Made by a program: the position numbers and the translations under genes. Shown piece after piece: positions 24,712 to 39,160 of a stretch of DNA of 64,000 nt. The stretch lies in assembly GCA_964035545.1 (NCBI GenBank), contig OZ037767.1:28040628-28104627 (forward strand). The letters run 5' to 3'. The stretch comes from Bugula neritina. Its lineage: Eukaryota > Animalia > Bryozoa. The notes beneath the pieces are model-generated. The model searched no databases, had not been told where the DNA came from, and worked only from the letters and a program-made list of their open reading frames with translations. Each line of letters opens with the position of its first letter. Position 1 is the stretch's first letter.

Positions 24712-26331
24712 ACACTTGGGTAACTAGTGTACAGCAGCTCCATGGCTATTCTAGAGTGCATTACGTCCTGTTGTTATTGTTATGTTGACGTGAACTGACT
24801 CTAGGTGTTATATTGTCAAAGAAATGACACACTTACCTCATGACTATATAATATGTTTTCAAATTTTACTTCTTGTAACAAGCATGTTTATACTGTTGAT
24901 ACTAAATCCCATAATTTCTATTTGATATAGCAGATAAAATGCCTCACTCTACTATATAAATATACTTCTTTTGTTCTCTATACACCTTCTCTACCCCCTC
25001 CTTTCTGTAACATATACTATATTCAACATATATACATCATTTATACAACATATCATATACATCATATAATAATATGCAACATATATACATCATATACATA
25101 TCAGAGACCATCTGCAACCATCTGGTTATGGCTACAGCCAAAGTTCTGGTCTTATAATGTACCAGAGTTAAAAAGTTATATTTTCCTAGCAATTCTAATT
25201 CTGAACATTGCTTGAAAGTTTTGTACAGTCCAGGGTTTTTTCCGTAGCAAAAGTGACTTTAACTTTCTGTAACTTCCTAACTAACTGTTATCAAGTTTAA
25301 AATGACCTCCCATCCATATCTGGCCGTCTAGCAGTTTAGATTCAATCATATTAAAGAGAATAGCCAAAGTACACAGAAGCACCATACGCAGTTTTATGGT
25401 ACTGCAGTTTCAGTGTTATGAAGCAAGAAAACCTCAACTACATTTCAGCTGTAGGCAACTCCCAATATAAGAACAATTGTATTAAAATTACCAATATATG
25501 GCTATACGTAGTTGGTAATCTACTTTTAGAATGAGACGTAGGTAGGTTTGTAGTATTCACTTCTATTGAGTAGAAGTGGTAGGTATTTCAGCTTTCTAGT
25601 AGATAAATGTCTTATTTCCAGTTTGCAAACAGAGTTCATTATCAGAGCGGTTTATCTATTAAAATGATTCAAGTAAAATCAATTGGCAGTATTACAGTTG
25701 GAATTTGAACACGACCTCTACAGTTCTCAAAGATCTGAGGCTTGCTTATAGCAGGATACGGTTTATTGTAAAAATTGGAATGAAGAAACTGGTTCTACGA
25801 TAAAACAACAGAATGAAATATCTAAAGTGATAGAAGATGTTGATTGTCTAAATTTAGCACAGAGTATATGTACATACTAAAACATACAAAAAATCTCACC
25901 AAATGCAGTAAATTTCCTTACACTGCAATCATAAAAGAAAGACGGCATACATCGCAATGTAAATAATATCAAACTTAAAATGTAAATCTAAAAAACTAAA
26001 TAAGTCAACTAAAACTATGGGAACCAAAATAATTTATAGAGATTTTTTTTTGTAATAGTACTTAAGTTTTCATAACAATAAAAATGAAGAATTAATACAG
26101 AATATTTGAAAAATACTTACAAATAAAATTAAAAAACACTTTTACAAAAATTGATTGTAAAGAATAAACAGGGAGGAAAATACTTACTATAGTAATATGT
26201 AATATATGGTTTGAAAATAATTATAGGTTGAAATAAGTAAATTTTGTACCAAGAGCAAGTCAATTTATAGCCAGATTATTGTCTCTAATAAATGATTGTA
26301 AAGGTAAGAATGCATGCGTAGCACCACTTCG

Positions 26332-29300
26332 TTAAACGCTGCTTTGATCAACAGAAGTTACCATCGAAGAAGAGCTGTGATTTTTCCGATGAGGTAAAAT
26401 TCTGCTGGCATCAGTGCAGATGTAAGGACACAGCAAACAGTGAAAATGAGAGGATTTGCTGCTGAACTCGCAATCTATTCGGCCACATTCACTTCGCTGT
26501 TTGTAGAGTTTGAAATCGTCTCCCATTATTTTATCTACAATTAAACATTGCATCAAATTGTTTAGTATAAAAATCAATTCATTAAAAAAAAACTAAGAGT
26601 TTGATCAGGACTTGATAAAGTACATCAGCAAATTTTGAAAGTTTTTATGCATCTAAAATGTCTACATAGATACACACCAAGTTTTTCATGTCGCTTAGTA
26701 TGTTGGGGGAGTTTTGATTGTTCCACAACGCTGTAGGTGCACTCGGCCCTCAGGCAATGGTAGTGATCACTAATCATGCAGTGCACACACTTTGCATAGC
26801 CACAGTCCTTGGCCTTAGAGAACTTCTTGTACATGCTGTGATGAATTGTAGCAGAATCTGTTTCTTCATCTGGAGCTGAGTCTATGGCACTGCTCTCTCC
26901 TTCCTAAAAACAACAGTTACTTTGTGTTTATAAATAAGTTTGGCATTGCCAGAGCACACTGAATAACAGCACAGCAGAAAGACTTGTACCAAAAAAAGAC
27001 ATGGAGTATTTAGAGCTTGTGCTTTACTTATAATCCCAACATAGATGTAAACAGTCTAACATAAAAGTGACAAGAATATCTTAGTGATACCAAGCTTAAT
27101 AACTAAATGCAGAATATAAATCCGATTCTTTAAACATCAACTTATTAACAATACTGACATACTTATGACATCTTACAAGATGGTGAAAAAATTTACGGGA
27201 GAGTGAGATATATTACGATATAGTGAGAGAGATTACGAGAGAGTGAGAGATATTATGTGATAGTGAGAGATATAATGAGATAATGAGAGAGATTACGAGA
27301 TTATGAGAGAGATTACGAGACGATAAGAGAGGTATACCTCTCTATCAGACAGAATAATGTTCTGGTTGGTGCTCTGGGAAGGCTCGGTAGCCTCACTCTC
27401 AACACCATTGACCATCTGCAACTGCAAGGCTTTCATCATAGCTTCTGGAACATTCTTTGAAGAAGTGGAAGGAGTTGTCTGCCCATCTGTACTACTATCG
27501 GGTACCTCTGCATTCCGACGTGGGGTTTTCTGAGCTACTGAAGTGTTCTCAACTAAAAATAACAACACACCATAAACAAAAACTAGATCAATACTCCATT
27601 AATTGAACAGTAACCCATGTGACAAAATTTCAGCACAATATTCACGCATAATATAAAATATGTTCCCGTATCTCAGAAATGTATTTAAATGAGATTACCT
27701 GCAGCTGCAGCAGACATGTTTTGCTGTGCTGCAATGGCTTCCATGAACTTAGCTATAGACTGTGGTTGAGTTGCCTGAGTGAACTGACTCCCATTGTTAC
27801 CTGGTAACATCGAATCAGCAGAACCAGAACTGCCGAGTCTGTTGACGTACTTCCTGTGTTTAGACATGTGCAGCTTCAGGCCGGCTTCATTGTTCTGAAA
27901 AACAAACAGTTATTAAGTTAAATCTGAATCCCTTTCAATAGAATTAGCAACATCACAGAAAGAAAATTCCTGGACAAAACAAGAACATTTTGAAAACAGC
28001 AGTAATTCTGTGACACTTGTGGAGTTCTACCTGGTTGAACGCAGTTCCACATTCCAGACAATGATAGTGCTCAATCTGCTTCTTCTTACAGAACACGTTA
28101 CTGCATGGCAGCTCGGGAGATGCATACATCCTTCCCAGCATCCTTTGCCAAGTAGCATCCTGCAGAATCAATGTGAGTGTATTCTTGTAGCATTACCGCC
28201 TCATTAACCTATCATATGTATTGTGACTATCTCACTAACCTATCACATGTACTGTAACTATCTGACTAACCTACCACATGTACTATAACTATCTTACCTG
28301 CACTGTAACCAAGGGGCTTTCTTCTTTCGCCTGTAACATCTGCTGCTGCTGTTGAAGTTGTGCTGCCGCAATAGACTTTTGGTGCAAGACTAACATCTGA
28401 GTCAGCATGTTAAGCATGGTTGAAGCTTGAGAATTCTGAGCACCTAACCCATCTACTACAGAATTACTCGGGGGCGGTATAGGAGTCACCCCAACTGCTG
28501 CGGGAGACATAGTCTGTTGATCACCAGCACTGCTTGAAACTTCAGAAGAATCGTCATGGTTATCCACTTCTCTATCTGCAGTAGCCACACCACAAGCGTT
28601 TGACACACTCGAAGAAGGTAATGGTGCTAGAGCACAGAAATTTAAACATTTGACAGCGCAAGACCAATTATATACAAATAAAATCTAATAATAGATATCC
28701 TTGACTACAAGATAAAATATTTCACTCACTTTCAAGTTTTCCTGATTGTGGGAAGAAGGTTCCAGAAGCCTTTACAGTTCTGTTAGAGTTGTTCATATTG
28801 ACTAGGGCACTGAGGCTATGTGGGTCATCGTCCCGATCCAATGAACGAATATTGATTTCCTGTTTGATTAGAGGACTCTCTGTCATGCTGGGCACATCGT
28901 TAGCATGTGGACTCGGAACAGTGGCATTAGCTAGATGGGGCGCTGTGCTTGGCACCCCCATTCTCTGCAATAATAACACCAGAGTCAAGTCTGATTATAA
29001 AAGATAAAGAAAGCCTGAATTAGGTTAGTGATTGGGATAATACAAAGTAGTTTCAACTGCCAACTAAGAGAAATGCATTAACGAAGCAAAAATATTAAAC
29101 AATATTGCAAGAAATAAAAATATAGCAGGTGATGTAGTTTCACACACAATTGACTCATAAGTAGTCGTACCAGGAGTGGAGGTTTGGGGGGTAGTTTAGC
29201 ATTGAGCTCATCTTCGGCATGCCGTTTGTCATGCTGCGCGACCGTCGTGTGCCGCATGAATGAGTGATGACAACCTGGGCGCAGACAGTGATAGTGACAC

Positions 29301-32300
29301 GAGTTGCGGTTATTGCTGCAGTTAACACCTCTGCAGTTTACATTCCGATCAAAGTATGCATAATCTGCAAAACAAGAGAGGACAACTTAAAATATTTCAA
29401 AAGAATTTTAATGTTGCAGAAAACATACATTATTCCAAATATACTACTACATTAATTATAGGATATTAGTGTGATAGCAACACTAACCAATGAATTCAAC
29501 AAAGAAATTTAACTCAAGTGTTTCAGAAACTTTATAATTATAATGTTCTATTTATACATACATACATACATACAGCCATACATACATACAGTGAAACATA
29601 CATACAGTCATACCTACACATCTACAGTCATACTTAGTGTAATACGTACATACATAGTCACACATACAGTGGCACATACCTACACTAAATCTAATGCATA
29701 CTCGTCAGTGTTTACACATGTGTAGTCACATATATATGCATCATACTACTAAAGCAATATCATGAATTATTTTGTCTCCTGAAACAGCGTGACTTACTTT
29801 CAGGTATGACTACAAAGTTATGAAAGTTAACGCTGTGAGCATGCATGACGTCAAGTCGGTTGGTGGACGTGTGACAGCGGGGACTGTTACAGTGGTAATG
29901 AGATTCTCGTCGGAACTTGCACAGTTCGTCTGCACATGGCCGACTGATGCTGAAGTTACTGTAGCTCCTGTCAACAAACAAAACAGCATGCAAAATATCT
30001 TAGCAAACCAATTCTGTTGACAAACGATAAAAATAGACTTGTAAGTGAACGCTGCAATAACTAATAGGAACTGTAAATACTAGACATCAAGTAGAGTGCT
30101 AGACGTCAAGTATGATTTAGACACAAATGACAAAAAGTTTGCCATTGTGAGGAAACTCGTATACTTTATGAATTGAAATGAACATTCAACTAGGAACAGT
30201 TGCAACTCAACAAACGTTATGAATCTCACACTTTGGAGTCCTGCGCGGCAAGATTTTTCTGCAGTTGGTCTCCGAAACCACGGTCATCAGAGCATATCTG
30301 AGGAAAAGCTGTTGCAATCTTTGGAGGTCGTCCTCTCTTTTTATTGGCTAATTTAGAGGTAAGAGCCACTTGTGAGCCTCGTTTACCAGTAGCCTGGCTC
30401 ACTCGAGATTCAAACTCATGTTCTTGGAAATGGTCAAGTCTGGCAAAGATATCATCTTCCAAGGCTATAGTTTTACTGCATCCCATCTAGAAATACAAAA
30501 GAAGACATTGCTTATGTATACGACTTGCACCGGCTTGTATCAGCTAGCACATCTAGCCTACTGTAAATATACTGAAAGACAAGTGAAAAAGTCAACTCTA
30601 TTGCATACAGTTACTATTGCATCTAGTAAAGCAATACAAGCAGTATTAGTTGAAAGAGTTTGAGTCTAAAGCGTGGGAATACAGGAAACAGGAGTTACCT
30701 ACCCATTTACAATGGAAATGAGTTGACACTTCAGTGAACGAACAGCCTTCCACTGAGCATTGCTGGCCCTCGGGACAAGTTAAAAAGAGCTGTTCGGTGA
30801 TTTTCTCTTGATTGTCGTGCAACCTGGCGTGGTCTCTTACACCGTCTTTGTTTTTGAATGCATTAAAGCACCGATCAACATTGCAGTGGTAGTGATCTTT
30901 GTAGAGGAGCCAGCATCGTGGATTGCATGGATCGTTAGCTGTATACCTAAAACCAACTCAATATTATGTAACAAACTGTATAATTGCTCATCTCAACATA
31001 TTTTTGTAAAAAATAGTTTCCTATTTAATCACAGCTATTAGTGAGTAAATTACTTTGCAATGCACTATTGATAATGATAATGTTTAGTTATGCGGTAAAG
31101 TTTACAGTAACATGTTTATGTACTTTTAACAGGGTTATTGACTATCAATTCCGGTCACCAATGCTACAGTCAATTACTTTAGTTCCCCAGTTCTACAGTA
31201 TATCAGATAGACTGTAGTACTATTGAACATTAGTGATTAACCGTAGTACTGGTGAACTAAGGTGATCAACTGTAGTACTAATGAGCTACAGACCTTGTAA
31301 GATACTTTTTCCAGAGTTCTGATTGTTTTTCTGTGCTTTTGCCAGATGTTTCCCGATCAGCACCGCTTTTAGCCAAGGCTCCAGGGGAAGACGACTGCTC
31401 GCCAGGAGTTATTCTGAAGTGCCCCATCATACTCTTAGCCTGGTTATTTAGCCTCTTGTTCTTCTCTGTTTTCCAGTTTATGGCAGCGGGTTGGAGCACC
31501 CGCCCTGGAGTTAGGTTGAGAGATTTATCAAATACCTGCTCAGCAGAACTCTCACTCACTGCATCACTGAGCAGCTCATCCGTAACTGAACATGGAAAAA
31601 AATGAAAACTTTCTAAATTAATTGCAACAATAAACCCATCAGAGCAACATCCTTTCAAACATGTAACATGAGTTTGCTCAGAAGACGACAATAATGTTGG
31701 TTGAAAGATCCGTAACAATTAAATACTATTTTATAAGTTTCAATATTTTAAACAAATATTTTGCTTCTAAATTACATTTCAATCAATAAAATACAAAATA
31801 TTTGCCATTTCAAATATAAGTTTTACTACACCATCGACAAAATAATTAAGAGCTGAACATTGAAGCAGACTAGTGTTAAAATGTTATGATAATGTTGTCT
31901 TTGTATTGACAGGCTCAAAATTCAAATTTATGCAGAAGGGAATCTTTGCATGCTTACCATCATTCGCTGTAATAGCAGCGGCAGCAGCAGCAGCAGCAGG
32001 TGTTTCCTGTTTTACTGAAGAAGTAGCTGGGGTTGACGTAGCAACAGGTAGAGTTGGGATGAATGGGTTGATGGGGGGTGCACCGCCAGCCTTCATACCA
32101 GACATCAGATTTATTCCTTGGGAGAGTCGGGCTACGGTTGAGAGGAGATCTGATGCTGTAAGAATACAGATGTCTATGTGAATACAGATGTCTATGTGCA
32201 TACAGAGGTATGTGTATACAGATGTCTATGTGAATACAAATGCCTATGTACATACAGATGTCTATGCACATACAGATGTCTATGTGTATTCAGATATCTC

Positions 32301-35300
32301 TGTGTATAGAAATGTCTATGTGCATATTGATGTCTATGGAAGCACAAACCAGACTCTTCCAACATATGAGAATAAAAACGCACAGCATAAATAAAATCTC
32401 GAAAATGCATCAATTCAACAAGTTTCCATAAGTCCATGAGCTAGCTAAAAATGATTACAACACTGTGTAAGTGTCATAATAATAAATTGTAAACAATGTA
32501 TGTATTGTTGTAGGCAGCTAACATATCTGAGACGTGACCTTACATTCAAGCTTAGCAATATTATTACTGTCTAAAATCAACTTTGTACAAAACTTGATTC
32601 AACTTAATCTACACAGACATTGGCACCAAGTCTTTAATAAATGTGAGGATTATGTGAAGTGGTGGAATACCAGTGGTGGCGGAGGCAGACATTTGCTGTG
32701 GCTCCAGGCTGTTCAGGGTAGCAGCGGTAGATGGAGAGACATACTGCGCTGCCAAGGCAGCTGCTCCTTTAAGAGTCTGCTGCAAGGTTTCGCTGACAGA
32801 GGTGCCAGGGTAGGCGGCCTGGTCAGACTCCTTCTTCTCGTGCTTGCGTTTGTGTGGGTAGAGCTGACTGGTGGAGTGGAGGACGTACTGACACCCTGGT
32901 CGCATGCAGTGAATGTGGTTACTCAACTACAACAGTAATAGCAATGTCATGTGACTAGCATACCAACTATTCGAAAGAGTAAGACAACTCCAATAAATAG
33001 AGGGCAACTGGAAGTTCGTAAAGGAAGTAGTTTATGTAAGTAAGTTGTATACATGAATATCTGGTATATTATATTATCAGATCATATTTACACTAAACCG
33101 TAGGTAAAGTGGGGATAATAGGAAAAAGCTAAGGTGACTTCAATATTCAATTTTTTTGTTAAATTCAATTTTAAAATATAACAATCAGTATTTTTTATTT
33201 TAAAAGAAACTACCAATCTATTACTATTTAAAATAAGAATGTCATGAACAAAAATAAAATTTTAAAATTACATATACAAAGTTGAACAATAAAAGTAGCC
33301 TACCTTTGAATAGGCACAACCATTGTATGGACAATGTTCGTACTTCATGTATTTTTTGAACCCATCTTTGGCCAGGATTTCATCCTTTTGGTGATAGGTC
33401 TTGTGCTTTTCTATATAGTAATATAGTAGTATTATAGTACTATGAGTAATATAGTAATGTGAGTAATACAGTAATATGAGTAATGCAATATATGGTAGTA
33501 TTAGTAATATAACATATAGTAATATTTCAAGAAAGTGATAACAGCTGAAGCAATCAATAGGCTTCATAAATTAAAATAATATTGACAAAATAATTAAGAA
33601 AAATAAAATGATCTTCAAATAAATGATAAACTACTCTCACCCATATCGGCTTTGTTTTTAAAAGTGAAGTTGCATGCCGGTCTCCTACAATGAAAATGAG
33701 TGGTTCTTTGGTTGTAAAAGTCACAGTTAGGAGTCCCACAGTCTTCCGTCGCTCGGAATCTTTGAAAGCCCTCCATGATGATAGCAGACGCCTTCCTATG
33801 GTAGTTGGCGTGCATTTGGACATCAGACGTGCTGACATACACCTTGTTACAGCCAGCCTACAGCACACAGCCCATGTATTTATCACAATTTTACAGTAAA
33901 ATAACTTTAGATGGTCTAACCAAATACTATATAATTATATGGAAAGTTATTCATACAATTACTAGTAACAGTGTACAGCAAAAAATCATCACAGCTATAA
34001 GAGGCTGTGTCAGTTTAGTTGGTTACAAATCATAGACTTAGAACTTTTATAACTCACCTCATTCTGAATAGTTCAAAACAAATGTCCTAAAGTTACAAAA
34101 CGTAACACAAGTTGGAACACAATTCTATGCCATCATATACAGGTTACAGAAGTTGTCTTACCTGTATACAGTGATAGTGTGTTTGTTTGTTGTTGTGAGC
34201 ACACGGCCCAAACTTAGACGTGCAGTCATCGAATGGACTGTACCTCATGAAGCCATGCTGCAGGGAATCCTCTCTCTTCTTGTGCCACTTGTAATGTCTT
34301 ATCATCTCTTCCTTCTTCACTATGATCTGTCACAGTTAATTAATACCATGCAACTCAGCAATAACTAGCAGAGTGCGTCACAACTACACTCCTCAATATG
34401 ACATTTCTATGTGTGGATGACTCAATGTTTACAGTTCCTTCTCGTTGCTAAGCTGACAAATATTGTAAACAAAAAAAATAAACCAACACCTATTATCTTA
34501 TAGCATCATTTAGGATAAAATATTTTCTGTTACACATGATTAAGCGTGTAAGCAAATGTGATGGAATGCCAACTAATGAATTCAAATCTGAAACAGTGAA
34601 CCACTCTTAAACCTGAACTCAAAAAAGAATACGCAGTTTACTTCTAGATCTACAGCAGTCCCAAAATAAAAGTCCAAATAAAATAACTTTTCTTCACAGT
34701 TTTTGGCTGCAAAGTGTTAATTCTAGAGGTTTCAAGCAGCCAACCTATACAACTACATCTTACACCTGTATATGTTTTGGGCCGTTTTGTCCCAGCCAAT
34801 TAAAACTTGTCTACATAGATGTACACAGTGCGTTAGGAAGACCTACCCTTGAAGGACAGTCAAGGCAGTGGAAATGCTCCCGGTAGTTCATACCCATACA
34901 GTAGGAGGAGCCACATTGCTGAGCGCTGGTGTACCGAGTGAGATATTTACTATGATCCAGGGGCTTCTTCGGCTTCCCACTTCCACCACTAGCACCTGTC
35001 ATCAGACAGAATATCAGTAACTCACACCCCCAGCAAACTATATCAGCCTCCACCACTAGCAGTCTCCCAAATCCAACCTTTCACCACAAAGAGTTGCACC
35101 AGCTGAGTAGTTAAGAGCATCTCTCAACACCACATAAACAATACATGACTTTCCACTAATTAGGGATATTTACCAACTTGTCTGGAATAGAAATAAGTGG
35201 TTATTTATTACAACAAATTCATGTCAACACAACTCCATATATTCTATATGTATCAATATAACAGTTGAAAAGTTCATAACCTATTATTTTTAAAAATATG

Positions 35301-38300
35301 CACTTTACCTGGATTGCACTTATAGCTTCTATGAGCACATATCTCACCTACTATGAGCATATATCTCACCTACTATGAGCACATATCTCATCTAGTTTTA
35401 ACATATATCTCACCTAGTTTAAATGATATTCCATGACTGTCGTTCAGTGATTCACCTGAGAGAGAGGCAGGAGAGGCAACTCTAGAATTACCCAGCTCCT
35501 CCGCTTTACATATGCTGGCTGGTAAAAGTAGGTAAGGAAGAGGTAAGTAAAATATTATGTCAAATTAAGCATTAATATTGAATAGTAAATGGGGGGTTTG
35601 TGAAGTGGTAATAATAAATTAACAAACGATAGAGGAATTATCCCCTCTTCATCAAAACCTTATAAGCTTAGAGCAGACATGGGCTTGCTACAACCTTGGC
35701 AATACATAAAACCTTCACTGACAAGAAAAACTGCAACCTTTATTTCTATGTTTAACCCAGGAGGAAAAATACAGAAATTATCACTAATTACATTGTAGGC
35801 CTATGTGCTTATTTCAAGAGTTAGCTTCTATGATCTTATCTGAGGAAATATGATAATTCTACTACTTATTTGTCACTTTTACTAGAAATTTTATTCTGAA
35901 AGACAAGTTATGAAAATTATGCTGATGAAATTGGGTAGATGTGCATATTTGGTTTGATATAGGTCAGTAAATGTGGAACAGCGGAATGAGAGGATGACAC
36001 TAATAAGTCTATTCAAATATCGTATTATCAGTAATGAGTCAGTACAATTCACAGTGTCAGTCAGTCCAAAGTTGGGCGTTTTATTTAGTTTCTTTAAACA
36101 AACATGTGTGGACATAATAAAAAATTGTTCTAAATAAGTCAAGTGTTACTAAAATAGACAAGTTGAAATATTACCCTCTTGAATTGAGTTGAAATAATTT
36201 GTTTTATGCAATGGCTTAACCTTTTTTCGAGTGGCCTATTCTCAAAAATGCATGGTTTTCTCATACAATGCGATTCAATTAGTTTTCACAACAAAATACA
36301 TTTCTTGGCTCTTTTGTGTTTGTTCGAGGTTTTTAATATCACTGACATTTTTACATGCAAATGAAACAATTTGTGGTACAGCGTATTATTTTTCTTTTGA
36401 GGTCTTTTGTTTCTAAAATAATAACTCCAATCTACAAGCTATGACTGTAGATTCAACTAGTGCATAAAGGTTGCCAAGGTGACCACCCATACCCATATAC
36501 ATTCATTAGTGAATGAAAATAAATATGAATGTATGAACAGCTAGGCACTAAGTAAATGCAGCAGTACTTATTCAAAGCAAAATCAATTATTTTAACATTT
36601 CACTAGAGAAATACAGCAACTTAATCAAATGATCTTAAAACTAGACAAATGTTCAAATTACACCAAGTTGAATGCACGCTGTTAACAAATGTAGCCCAGT
36701 TGAAATATCGTGATGCAGCAAGCAGCTTGGTGAGGGCTGAAGGAATGAAAACAATTATGATTCTTCAAACTGTTAATAACCTAACCTCACACACAACTAC
36801 TAGCTAATAACTCTTAAAACATACTGAATAAGTGCAAGCTTATCAGTCCAACACATCAACATCTGCTGTGATGTAAAGCTTACAAGGAACTATAGGACTT
36901 GAAGTAGGGAAATGCAAAGAAAATGCCAAAATCAATAAATCAACCCCAAACTGCTAGGGTAGCATGTATCCTAAAACTGGTGAGAAATTCAAACCTTGTT
37001 GAGCCAGTGCTGCCAGTGATTGGGACGCTGCCGTGCAGTTGAAATCGTTGGAATCTGAGGTTCCTAGAGCCTGGAGCATGGCTGAAAGAAATAAAAGTAA
37101 CTGCATCGTCTGTAAATGAGATTCCGAGTGGAGAGGACTTGCGTTTATAGATAATTAATTATACATGAGGAATGGTACTTGTGAGTAGAGAGAATATTAT
37201 GTGGTAATAGAAAGTTAGGAGAGAGTTAGTTGACAAGATAAACTCTAATCATAAAGGGTGGGATGGGTGAGCAACCCCTCTTACCAGTGTTAGGTAGAGA
37301 GGTTGAGGAAGCTGAGCCATATTGCTGAAAAGGACTTTTATTTCTGCTGACTTGACCACCTCCGTCAGCTGCCACGTGGTCATCTGGTAGATCTATGTAT
37401 AGACTGTGTTCCGAGCTGCCCACAGACTTGCTGTCCTCGGCATTGTTTAGACTGTAGTCTATAAGTTAGCCATCCAAATGTCAAAATGTTTAATACAAAA
37501 CAGTCACGGTCATCTGATTTCTAGTAAAACTGAAGCTAACAATAGTTTTAACAATTACAGGCTTTTCAAAGTTTTTTTTAATAAAAGGATGGATAAAGTT
37601 GTTTGTTATCTTGGGCATGTGGTATGTATTAATTTTGAACTGGAACATTCAGGGTCACCAAATTTAGTCATTGAATAAGATTTTCATCATGTTTTGCCGA
37701 AACAACTAGTGAAATAATAATGTTAGCCCAAAGTGAGTGCAGTATGACGTTTAAAGGATCTTATTATCTCCACACTATAAGAGGCAAAGTTAATTTACTA
37801 ATCTTTACGAATGAGCAAGCTTGAGCTACACAGCTTACAAATATCTCAGTTTAATTTCTACATTTCTTACAAAGTAATGTAAATGATGGAAGATATTGCG
37901 TTAACACCCAGATCTTAGCCTCCGTGTGTTTTATAGAGCAGCTATGCAGGAGCTGATTGTAAGAGTTAACGATTTGCGCTTCTACTAGATTTAAAGAACT
38001 ACTTTATAACTAAGCTGCATTTTGATGCCATTTAGCTAATAAGATGTTTAAATGGCAGCAAGAATCTCTTATCATAACAGCACAAGCAGCAGCAATCTGT
38101 TCTATTTTTATTATAATTTCTGTGAATTAATGCCAACAGCATAGCTATCTGGTTCCACTAATAGGCAGCTAGTCTTACTAGCCCACACTGCTCTCTTATC
38201 CTTTCAGTGTTTTTTGCCTCAAAAGCTTTATGAAAATCAATACTGCGATTAAATTATGCTAGTTTGTTTCTTCTCGAGTGGATATGCCTAAAGACGAGAT

Positions 38301-39160
38301 TTTTTTGTGTTTCAAGTTCAACTTGTTCAAATAGCAGCAAAATCCCTTGATGAATAGAATTGCAAGGCAATTTCTATGACAACATAATTATCCTCAATCA
38401 ATAGATTGAAAAGCTTCAGTTCAAATTAGCATATGCAAAGTAAGATGGGAACACTCTGCCAGCTGTGGTATAAATGTATATAGAAAACCAACTATATTAT
38501 ACAATAACAAAATTAGCACTATAATAAGTAGATATTCTAAATGGCAAAATTCAGCAAAAGAAGTTATATTTCACAAGAAATTTAACTGGAAACCCAAACC
38601 AAAATTCACAAAAACATTAAGGAGCCTTAGCTAATAAAACTTCTTGAGTACTGCACTAAATACATACAGGTCATAGATTAGCTAAACCTGGAATATTTCT
38701 TCTTTTATCAACAATAAAAAGAGCTGACCTGAATTCACTGTGCTGTCCAACAGAGACGAAGATGCTGCCGGTTTCTGCTTCTTCCTTCGAGATGATCCAG
38801 TAGAGGGCGCCACTGCAATCTTACGCTTCAGCACACCAATAGTAGCCTCAGCAGGCATGCCTCCAACATCCAGTGAGGCAGATGGAAAAGGCACCAGTGG
38901 CTGTGCCAGGCCATATCTAGAAACCAGCACAAATATACCATAATATACAGAAGTGAAAGCAATGAGCAAAGAGATGTGAAAGTAACTGCCACTTACTGAG
39001 CTGGTTCACCATCTGATGCCTCTGGCTCAGCTTTAGGAGTGGGAAACAGTGGCTGAGAATGGAAGCTGCCTTCTTGCCGATCAAACGGAGATGTAGTTGT
39101 ATCCTTGACAGCAATGGCCCCACCTTGTAACTTTGCACAAATTGCTGCCAATTTAGACAT
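26332..39160 (-). CDS. CASZ1: Castor zinc-finger transcription factor, many exons, 11 castor-type finger units
   Basis: ATG at 39160 with an upstream in-frame TGA; N-terminal [10 protein letters not shown] resembles LKLNAICAKL of vertebrate CASZ1. Motifs: [95 protein letters not shown]. Stop at 26332-26334. Not every internal exon boundary was verified. Confidence 0.93.
27195..27330. repeat. Degenerate about 18-bp GAGAGTGAGAGATTACGA minisatellite
   Basis: Tandem units visible in a CASZ1 intron. Confidence 0.75.
28205..28295. repeat. About 30-bp tandem repeat, 3 copies
   Basis: TAACCTATCACATGTACTGTAACTATCT-like units. Confidence 0.75.
32160..32340. repeat. 18-bp minisatellite (ATACAGATGTCTATGTGA) adjoining a CASZ1 acceptor
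   Basis: Tandem units visible. Confidence 0.85.
35328..35420. repeat. About 22-bp tandem repeat (CTATGAGCACATATCTCACCTA)
   Basis: About 4 degenerate copies. Confidence 0.75.

Noticed and set aside
25690-25760. B-box-like GTTCAAATTCC on the minus strand (tRNA or SINE)
   Set aside because: No convincing A box or cloverleaf.
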